A program made the position numbers and the translations under genes. A stretch of 64,000 nt of DNA from an uncultured Clostridia bacterium (GTDB lineage Bacteria > Bacillota > Clostridia > UMGS1883), in NCBI GenBank assembly GCA_947630975.1, contig CANRJP010000002.1, positions 1,096 to 65,095 on the forward strand. The letters are read 5' to 3'. The notes under the pieces were generated by a model. The model was not told the DNA's origin, did no database searches, and saw only the letters and a program-made list of their open reading frames with translations. Shown here piece after piece: positions 57,136 to 64,000 of the stretch (positions within the stretch are counted from its first letter, which is position 1; the number at the start of each line of letters is the position of its first letter).

Positions 57136-58088
57136 TGGCTGTATTTGCGCTGGCGGCGGGCTTTGTGATTGATTTTTTCCTTGGCGACCCGTATTCTCTG
57201 CCTCATCCGGTGCGGCTTATCGGCTGGTTAATATCTCGGCTCGAAAAAGCGCTGCGGCGGCTCCTGCCCGGCAGGGAAGGATTGGCCGGAAGGCTTATGG
57301 CGCTGGCGGTTCTGACCGTGAGCACCGCCGTACCGGCGGGAATTTTAATTTTGTCGTACCGCTTAAGCACCGTTCTCGGTTTCGCTGTTGAGAGCGTTAT
57401 GTGCTATTATCTTCTGGCTCCCCGCTGCCTTGAAAGAGAAAGCATGAAGGTGTGCCGCGCCCTTGAGCGCGGGGACTCCGAAGCCGCCCGAAAAGCCCTT
57501 TCCATGATAGTGGGTCGGGACACGGAAAAGCTGGACGCCGACGGAATGGTTCGGGCCGCCGTGGAGACCGTGGCCGAGAACACCTGCGACGGCGTTACCG
57601 CGCCGATGTTTTTTATCGCTCTCGGCGGAGCGCCGCTGGGCTTTTTCTACAAGGCGGCAAACACCATGGACTCAATGGTGGGATACAAAAACAGCAAGTA
57701 TATCGACTTTGGCCGCTTTGCCGCGCGTCTGGACGACGTTTTGAATTTTATCCCTTCAAGGCTGACGGCGCTGATCATGGTATTTGCGTCGCGGCTCATC
57801 GGCCTTGACGGCGGAAACGCGTATAAGATCTGGCGGCGGGATAGGCTCAAACACCCCAGCCCCAACTCCGGCCAGACCGAGGCGGCAATGGCGGGCGCAC
57901 TGGGCGTTGAGCTTGCGGGGGACACCAGCTATTTCGGCACGGTACATAAAAAGCCCGTTATCGGCGACCGGCTGCGGCCCATAGAGCCGGAGGATATTCG
58001 CCGGGCAAACCGGCTGATGTACCTGACCTCGTTTTTGAGCCTTGTTTTAGCGGTGGCGTTTGGAATTTTAGTGGAGGTGATATTTTGA
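57132..58088 (+). CDS. cbiB: adenosylcobinamide-phosphate synthase
   Basis: CobD/CbiB membrane-protein pattern (PHPVRLIG). Confidence 0.85.
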   Translation: MMAVFALAAGFVIDFFLGDPYSLPHPVRLIGWLISRLEKALRRLLPGREGLAGRLMALAVLTVSTAVPAGILILSYRLSTVLGFAVESVMCYYLLAPRCLERESMKVCRALERGDSEAARKALSMIVGRDTEKLDADGMVRAAVETVAENTCDGVTAPMFFIALGGAPLGFFYKAANTMDSMVGYKNSKYIDFGRFAARLDDVLNFIPSRLTALIMVFASRLIGLDGGNAYKIWRRDRLKHPSPNSGQTEAAMAGALGVELAGDTSYFGTVHKKPVIGDRLRPIEPEDIRRANRLMYLTSFLSLVLAVAFGILVEVIF

Positions 58089-59098
58089 CTCACGGCGGAG
58101 ATATATATTCCGGCGAGGTGGAGCTGGACTTTTCGGCGAATATAAATCCTCTCGGTATGCCGGCAAAGGTCCGTTCGTCCCTCAAGGCCGATATAAGGAG
58201 CTTCGGCGTCTATCCCGACCCACGGTGCCGGGCGCTGCGCCGCGCTCTGGCCGAAAAGGAGGGCGTCGGACCGGAGAATATCGTCTGCGGCAGCGGCGCC
58301 TCCGACCTGATATACCGGCTGGCCCATGTTCTTCGCCCCAAAAGGGCTCTTGTCGCCGCGCCGGCCTTCTCCGAATATGAAAAGGCGCTGACCGAGGCCG
58401 GCGCGAAGGTGAGCCGGTTTTACCTCCGTGAAAAAAACTGCTTCCGCCTTGATGAAAGCATAACGGAATACATACCCGAGAGGGGCGCGGTCTTTCTGGC
58501 CAGTCCGAACAATCCGGACGGAGGAATGATAGGAGAAGAACTTTTGAAAAAGCTCATATCGAAGTGCGAAGAAAAGAGAGCCGTTCTCGTTTTGGATCAG
58601 TGCTTTGCGGACTTTGCGAGGGTTGCGCCGAATTTGCCGAGACCGCCGGTAGCGGTAAAAGCCTTCACCAAAATTTACGCTATGGCGGGGCTGCGGCTGG
58701 GCTATTTGATATGCGAGGACATTTCTCTGGCCGAAAGGATCGCCGGGTACGGCCCCTGCTGGAGCGTGTCCGTTCCCGCCCAGACCGCCGGGCTGGCCGC
58801 GCTGAAGGAAAAGACCTTCGTCCCGAGGACAAGGCGCTATATATGCCGTGAAAGGGAATTCCTTTCGGAGGCGCTTGCTGAGCTTGGGCTTAAGGCGTTT
58901 CCCTCCGAGGCGAATTATATTCTGTTCAAAGGCCCAACAGGTCTCGGCGAAGCGCTGCTCCGTCGGAAAATATTGATCCGCGGCTGTTCGGACTATCACG
59001 GCCTCGGGCCGGAATTTTATCGGATCGCCGTGCGCACAATGGCGGAAAACGAAAGGCTTATCGGCGCAATAAAAGAGTTGCTTTCTGAGGAAAAATAA
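58085..59098 (+). CDS. cobD: L-threonine-O-3-phosphate decarboxylase (class I/II aminotransferase fold)
   Basis: Aminotransferase fold with PLP lysine context (FTKIYAMAGLRLGY). Operon position. Confidence 0.8.
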   Translation: MTHGGDIYSGEVELDFSANINPLGMPAKVRSSLKADIRSFGVYPDPRCRALRRALAEKEGVGPENIVCGSGASDLIYRLAHVLRPKRALVAAPAFSEYEKALTEAGAKVSRFYLREKNCFRLDESITEYIPERGAVFLASPNNPDGGMIGEELLKKLISKCEEKRAVLVLDQCFADFARVAPNLPRPPVAVKAFTKIYAMAGLRLGYLICEDISLAERIAGYGPCWSVSVPAQTAGLAALKEKTFVPRTRRYICREREFLSEALAELGLKAFPSEANYILFKGPTGLGEALLRRKILIRGCSDYHGLGPEFYRIAVRTMAENERLIGAIKELLSEEK

Positions 59099-60559
59099 AT
59101 GGTCGGATCAATAATGATACAGGGCGCCATGTCCGGCGCCGGCAAGAGCCTGCTTACGGCGGCGCTCTGCCGCATATTCAAACAGGACGGGTACAGAGCG
59201 GCGCCCTTCAAGTCTCAAAACATGGCGCTCAATTCTTACGTCACCCGCGACGGACTTGAAATAGGGCGGGCACAGGCCATGCAGGCCGAGGCCGCCGACG
59301 TCGAGCCAAGCGTCATGATGAATCCCGTCCTGCTCAAGCCCACCACCGACCGAGGTTCCCAGGTCATCGTCAACGGCCGGGTTAGGGGCGAGATGAGGGC
59401 CGCTGATTATTTCAGATACAAAAAGTCGCTTGTGCCCGAAATAATGGAGGCGTATTACGGGCTTGCACGGCGCTTCGATATAGTCGTTATCGAGGGCGCC
59501 GGCAGCCCGGCGGAGCTAAATCTAAAAAAGGACGACATAGTGAATATGGGCCTTGCAAAGCTCACCGACGCTCCCGTACTGCTGGCGGGAGATATAGACC
59601 GGGGCGGGATATTCGCCCAGCTTCTGGGAACGCTCATGCTGCTCGAACCCGAAGAAAAAGCTATGGTAAAGGGTCTTGTCGTGAACAAATTCCGAGGCGA
59701 CCGCCGTCTGTTTGAGGACGGTGTGAAAATTCTCGAGGATCGGAGCGGAAAGCCCGTCGCGGGCGTTATCCCGTGGATAGACGTTGATTTGGACGAGGAG
59801 GACAGTCTTTCCGAAAAATTGGAAAACAAGAAGGCCTCGGCGGTGGATATAGCCGTCGTCAGGCTGCCGAAAATTTCAAATTTTACTGATTTTGACGCCT
59901 TTGCCCGCATCGGAACGCCGGTTCGCTATGTCAGCCGCGCCGCCGAACTCGGCAGTCCCGATATTGTCATTTTGCCCGGCACAAAAAGCACCCTCGCCGA
60001 TATGGGCTGGCTGCGCAAAAGCGGTCTCGAGCCGCCGATAAAATCCCTTGCCGCGTCGGGAACGCCCATTTTCGGAGTGTGCGGCGGGTATCAGCTCCTT
60101 GGCGGAAAAATATCCGATCCCGAAGGCTCGGAGGGCGGCGGCGAGGTCGAAGGGCTTGGCCTGCTGAATATGGAAACGGTGTTTAAAAGCAAAAAGACGC
60201 TGATGCAGAAAAGGGCGGAGTTTGCCGGTATTCAAGGCTTTTTTTCCTGCCTTGAGGGACTTGAGGCCGACGGCTACGAGATACACATGGGCGAGACTGT
60301 ATCGGAGGAGGCCCCGCTGTTTGTGAGCGGCGAGGGCTCCGTACGGGGGAATGTCTGCGGCTGTTACCTTCACGGCGTTTTTGACAGCGCCGCCGTACCG
60401 ATCGTCAAGTCGCTGTGTGAAAAAAAGGGAATTGAATTTAACGCCGCTTGCCTTGACAAAAGAGCCTATAAAGACCTTCAATACAATAAGTTGGCCGAGG
60501 CCGTCCGGAAAAATCTCGATATGGAGCTTATATACAAAATAATAAGGGAGGGGATTTGA
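59099..60559 (+). CDS. cobQ: cobyric acid synthase
   Basis: N-terminal P-loop (GAMSGAGKS). C-terminal GATase domain. Confidence 0.85.
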   Translation: MVGSIMIQGAMSGAGKSLLTAALCRIFKQDGYRAAPFKSQNMALNSYVTRDGLEIGRAQAMQAEAADVEPSVMMNPVLLKPTTDRGSQVIVNGRVRGEMRAADYFRYKKSLVPEIMEAYYGLARRFDIVVIEGAGSPAELNLKKDDIVNMGLAKLTDAPVLLAGDIDRGGIFAQLLGTLMLLEPEEKAMVKGLVVNKFRGDRRLFEDGVKILEDRSGKPVAGVIPWIDVDLDEEDSLSEKLENKKASAVDIAVVRLPKISNFTDFDAFARIGTPVRYVSRAAELGSPDIVILPGTKSTLADMGWLRKSGLEPPIKSLAASGTPIFGVCGGYQLLGGKISDPEGSEGGGEVEGLGLLNMETVFKSKKTLMQKRAEFAGIQGFFSCLEGLEADGYEIHMGETVSEEAPLFVSGEGSVRGNVCGCYLHGVFDSAAVPIVKSLCEKKGIEFNAACLDKRAYKDLQYNKLAEAVRKNLDMELIYKIIREGI

Positions 60560-61068
60560 TGCTTCAAATTTACTGCGGTGACGGCAAAGGCAAAACCACG
60601 GCCGCCCTGGGTCTGGCTGTACGGGCGGCCGGGGCGGGCATGAGAGTCCATATCGCCCAATTCATGAAGGGAAGACCCACGTCGGAGCTGGCGGTTCTGT
60701 CTGAAATTCCGGAAATAACCGTCAGCCGTCTTGATCGGGACTATGGCTTTCCGGCGGATATGAGCAAGTCGGACAGAGCCGCCGTAACTTTCCGCCACAA
60801 CACCATGCTCCTCGAGGCGTCGGAGCTGCTGCCCACACTTGACGTGCTTATTTTGGACGAGTTCAATTCCGCGTACAGACACGGTCTCCTTGACCGTGAA
60901 CTCGCCGACCCTCTTGTGCTGGAGAATGTCAGTAAAGCCGAGATCGTCCTCACCGGCCGCCGACCCGCGCAAAAATTCCTTGACGCAGCGGATTACATAA
61001 GTGAGATAAAGGCGGTGAAGCACCCGTTTAAAAGGGGCGTAACGGCGAGACTGGGGATAGAGTATTGA
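60556..61068 (+). CDS. cobO: cob(I)yrinic acid a,c-diamide adenosyltransferase (CobA/CobO/BtuR family)
   Basis: IYCGDGKGKTTAALG P-loop. 170 aa. Confidence 0.8.
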   Translation: MMLQIYCGDGKGKTTAALGLAVRAAGAGMRVHIAQFMKGRPTSELAVLSEIPEITVSRLDRDYGFPADMSKSDRAAVTFRHNTMLLEASELLPTLDVLILDEFNSAYRHGLLDRELADPLVLENVSKAEIVLTGRRPAQKFLDAADYISEIKAVKHPFKRGVTARLGIEY

Positions 61069-61161
61069 TATGACCCCTCCGCCTTTTATACGAGTCTTTA
61101 ATTGAAATTAGTATTATTCAAAATAAAGAACCATATAATAAAAAAATATTATAATTCGTGC

Positions 61162-61213
61162 TTGTTAAATAAGCCGTGACGTGCTATAATAAAAGAAAGC
61201 TGTCACGGCTTAT
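61162..61213 (+). promoter_or_regulatory. promoter TTGTTA-17-TATAAT embedded in inverted repeat ATAAGCCGTGAC-N21-GTCACGGCTTAT
   Basis: Hexamers and a 12-bp perfect IR, ~100 nt upstream of the Lrp/AsnC gene. Confidence 0.4.
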
Positions 61214-61313
61214 CCTTTTTTTGCGGAAAGGATAAATCATGGCGGGATACGGACTTATACTGTATAATGATAAAATACGTAGCTTAATATATAGCTTGAA
61301 AGGGACGGTTTTT

Positions 61314-61796
61314 ATGAAAAATGACATTCTCAGGCTCCTCGAAAGGGACAGCCGTTATACCGTGGATCAGCTTGCCACCATGCTGGGCACCACTCCCGAG
61401 GTGGTGGCCGCCGCCATAAAGGAGCTGGAGGACGAAAAAATAATCCTGGGCTATAAGACCCTCATCAACTGGGAGCGCACCGACCGGGACAACATCAGCG
61501 CCATAATCACCATGCGTATCACTCCCCAGCGGGGCGACGGCTACGACAAAATGGCCGAGCGCATATACAAATATCCCCAGGTCAAGGGCGTCAATCTTAT
61601 GAGCGGCAGCTTCGATCTTCTGGTGAGCGTGGAGGGCAAAAGCCTTAAGGAGGTCGCCATGTTCGTGTCCGAAAAGCTGGCCCCCATGGAGGGCGTAGTT
61701 TCCACCAACACCCACTTCACCCTCAAGACCTATAAGAAGGAAAACGTCATATTTACCAGTGAGGAGCTGGACGACAGGGAGGTCATCACCATATGA
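61314..61796 (+). CDS. Lrp/AsnC-family transcriptional regulator
   Basis: N-terminal HTH (DILRLLERDSRYTVDQLATMLG). C-terminal RAM domain. Confidence 0.8.
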   Translation: MKNDILRLLERDSRYTVDQLATMLGTTPEVVAAAIKELEDEKIILGYKTLINWERTDRDNISAIITMRITPQRGDGYDKMAERIYKYPQVKGVNLMSGSFDLLVSVEGKSLKEVAMFVSEKLAPMEGVVSTNTHFTLKTYKKENVIFTSEELDDREVITI

Positions 61797-62962
61797 GGGA
61801 CATTTCCGAGTTTATATCTCCCCACATAGCGGAAATGGCCCCCTCCGGCATACGTAAATTTTTTGACATCGTGGCCGAAATGAAGGACGCCATCTCCCTT
61901 GGCGTGGGCGAGCCCGACTTCGTCACCCCCTGGGCCATCAGGGAGGCGGGCATCTACGCCCTTGAAAAGGGCCACACCCACTATACATCCAACGCCGGAC
62001 TTAAGGAGCTGCGGCAGGAGCTGTGCCGCTACACCCACCGCACCTCGGGCCTCGACTACGAGGAGGATCAGGTGCTCATCACCGTGGGCGGCAGCGAGGC
62101 CATCGACCTTATGGTTCGGGCCGTGATCTCAAAGGGGGACGAGGTGCTTGTGCCGGAGCCCTCCTTCGTATGCTACAAGCCCTGCGTCACCATGGCCGGA
62201 GGCACGGCCATACCCATCGTCACCAAAGAGGAGGACGAGTTCCGCCTGACCCCTCAGGCTCTGGCGGAAAAGATAACCGACCGCACCAAGCTCCTTGTGC
62301 TGCCATACCCCAACAACCCCACCGGCGCCATTATGGAGCGGGAACACCTCGAGGCCATTGCCGACGTTATACGCGATAAGGACATTCTTGTACTTTCGGA
62401 CGAAATTTACGGCGCCCTGACCTACAAGGGCGAGCACGTGCCCTTTGCCGCCATCGACGGCATGAAGGAGCGCACCGTGACGATAAACGGCTTCAGCAAG
62501 GCCTTTGCTATGACGGGCTGGCGGCTGGGCTACGCCATGGGGCCGAGGCCCCTCATCAAGGCCATGCTCAAGATACACCAGTACGCCATAATGTGCGCCC
62601 CCACCACCAGCCAGTACGCCGCCGTGGAGGCCCTGCGCAGCTGTGAGGACGACGTGACCGCCATGCGGGACGAGTACAACCTCCGCCGCCGGGTGATGGT
62701 CAAGGGCTTCCGCGATATGGGCCTGTCCTGCTTTGAACCCATGGGGGCTTTCTATGTGTTCCCCAATATCAGCAGCCTCGGCATGAGCAGCGAGGATTTT
62801 GCCACCAACCTCCTCAAGGAGGAAAAGGTGGCCGTTGTGCCCGGCACCGCCTTCGGCGACAGCGGCGAGGGCTTCGTCCGGTGCAGCTACGCTTACAGTA
62901 TACGCAATATAGAAATCGCGTTGGAAAGAATAGGAAATTTTGTGAAAAGACACAAGATATAA
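61793..62962 (+). CDS. pyridoxal-phosphate-dependent aminotransferase (class I/II, aspartate/alanine aminotransferase-like)
   Basis: PLP-lysine motif SKAFAMTGWRLGY. 389 aa. Confidence 0.85.
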   Translation: MRDISEFISPHIAEMAPSGIRKFFDIVAEMKDAISLGVGEPDFVTPWAIREAGIYALEKGHTHYTSNAGLKELRQELCRYTHRTSGLDYEEDQVLITVGGSEAIDLMVRAVISKGDEVLVPEPSFVCYKPCVTMAGGTAIPIVTKEEDEFRLTPQALAEKITDRTKLLVLPYPNNPTGAIMEREHLEAIADVIRDKDILVLSDEIYGALTYKGEHVPFAAIDGMKERTVTINGFSKAFAMTGWRLGYAMGPRPLIKAMLKIHQYAIMCAPTTSQYAAVEALRSCEDDVTAMRDEYNLRRRVMVKGFRDMGLSCFEPMGAFYVFPNISSLGMSSEDFATNLLKEEKVAVVPGTAFGDSGEGFVRCSYAYSIRNIEIALERIGNFVKRHKI

Positions 62963-63021
62963 ATAAATTAGGAATTAGGAATGAGGAATAATTCTAAATG
63001 AAGAACGTGAGGGAAAATAGA

Positions 63022-64000
63022 ATGAAAAAGCTTTTGGCCGTACTTTTGGTTTTGTCTATGCTCTGCGCACTGATGCCGGTCTTTGCGGCGTCCTTCACCG
63101 ACATATCCGGCCACTGGGCTGAGGGGGCCATTAATGCCATGGCCGAGGCCGGAGCGGTGGACGGCTATCCCGACGGCACGTTCAGGCCCGACGAGCCGGT
63201 GACAAGGGCGGAGTTCGCCAAGATCATCACCGAGCTTTACGGCTTCGACACCACCGACAGCGGCTGGCTGTTCTTCCCCGACGGGGAAAAGGACGCCTGG
63301 TACGGGCCGTACATGCCGGCCTACAAGGTGCTTGTGGATTGGCAGCTTTTTAAGGCCTGCTCCGAGTACGGTTATCCCGAGGGCTGGAGCGAGGACACCT
63401 TCAAATATTTTGACGCCGAAAAGCCCCTGACCCGCATAGAGGCCGCTCAGGCCATACGCTTTGCGGTGGGGATAGGCGACGGCAGTTTTGACGACGAGCT
63501 GGCGGCTCTTGCCGCATCCAACGCCGACGGCGGGGATTATGCGGATAACCGGGGCATTTCCGTACTGATAGGCGCGGTAATGTATTTGGAGCTGATGAAC
63601 GGTGACGGCGACGGCCGCTTCCGTCCCTTTGACCCTATTACCCGGGCCGAGGTCTGCACCGTCCTCGAAAGGGCGCGCAGAGATCACGGAAGGAGCAACG
63701 TCAACGAATATATCACGGTGGCGGTTTATATGGCGGATCAGGAGGCCGGAAAAACTCCCGAACAAATAGCCGCCGAGGAAGAGGAACGTATTATTGCCAG
63801 ATTTGAGAAAATGGCGGCGTCAGAGGGCTTCCTTTCCGAGGAAAAAAAGACCGACGCCGACCGTGAGATCGTCGCGGCCTTTGGCGGCGTGGAGTTCAGC
63901 CGGGCGGACTATGACCTCTTAAGCTGGCTCTACCATTGGCTTTATTCCGGCCTCTTTGAAGAACATTTGGAACAAAACGGCATCGACGGCTGGGAAATAG
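63022..64000 (+). CDS. S-layer homology (SLH) domain protein, 3' partial
   Basis: ATG 63022. Signal peptide. SLH repeat FTDISGHWAEGAINAMAEAGAVDGYPDGTFRPDEPVTRAEFAKII. Open to the window end (not in the ORF track because it has no stop). Confidence 0.6.
   Translation, partial: MKKLLAVLLVLSMLCALMPVFAASFTDISGHWAEGAINAMAEAGAVDGYPDGTFRPDEPVTRAEFAKIITELYGFDTTDSGWLFFPDGEKDAWYGPYMPAYKVLVDWQLFKACSEYGYPEGWSEDTFKYFDAEKPLTRIEAAQAIRFAVGIGDGSFDDELAALAASNADGGDYADNRGISVLIGAVMYLELMNGDGDGRFRPFDPITRAEVCTVLERARRDHGRSNVNEYITVAVYMADQEAGKTPEQIAAEEEERIIARFEKMAASEGFLSEEKKTDADREIVAAFGGVEFSRADYDLLSWLYHWLYSGLFEEHLEQNGIDGWEI

Noticed and set aside
1-64000. Search for CRISPR arrays, tRNA or rRNA genes.
   Set aside because: No regularly spaced short direct repeats or cloverleaf-compatible tRNA-like segments were found by eye. 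A tRNAscan or CRISPR finder would be needed to exclude them formally.

Overview
This is a high-GC (~60%) Firmicutes/Clostridia-like chromosomal segment (gene content: SpoVB-like flippase, SLH protein, CuAO-N stalk domains, triple M42 peptidases). Nearly all genes are on the + strand. I saw no tRNA, rRNA or CRISPR array by eye. Left to right: (1) envelope enzymes: NlpC/P60 hydrolase, 5'-nucleotidase, PAP2 phosphatase. (2) a CssRS-like two-component system next to htrA. (3) a compositionally distinct low-GC island encoding a 1,319-aa CBM-containing secreted protein plus a tightly coupled 59-aa ORF. Its promoter region carries a G10 homopolymer. (4) a MarR regulator with a tandem operator, followed by a heterodimeric ABC exporter pair. 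(5) a 1,099-aa secreted protein with four near-identical 255-bp tandem repeats, a ricin-B-like segment and a C-terminal HExxH domain. (6) a LysR N-terminal remnant followed by a second ABC exporter pair, a P-loop kinase and a MazG-like gene. (7) an HD-GYP protein, a flavoprotein, murD, three tandem M42 peptidases and hslO. (8) a prophage-like remnant: an amidase_2+SH3 endolysin-type amidase and a frameshifted LexA/CI-like S24 fragment. (9) a SpoVB-like flippase. (10) a secreted GH16 / CuAO-N / PTP-like fusion whose CX5R cysteine is replaced by serine. (11) a ~20-kb cobalamin-riboswitch-controlled operon: btuFCD, a lipoprotein CbiK, two novel C-terminally TM-anchored paralogs bracketing the transporter, then cbiC-D-F-G-H-J-ET-A, cobT-U-S, a short cobU-like duplicate, cobC, cbiB, cobD, cobQ and cobO. 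(12) an Lrp/AsnC regulator with an aminotransferase, and a partial SLH protein. The intergenic space carries several apparently novel repeat families. The most striking is a ~530-bp TIR-bounded element present three times (one copy inside the cob operon). There is also a ~160-bp MITE-like family whose TIR supplies a gene's stop codon, and an 85-bp flank module.
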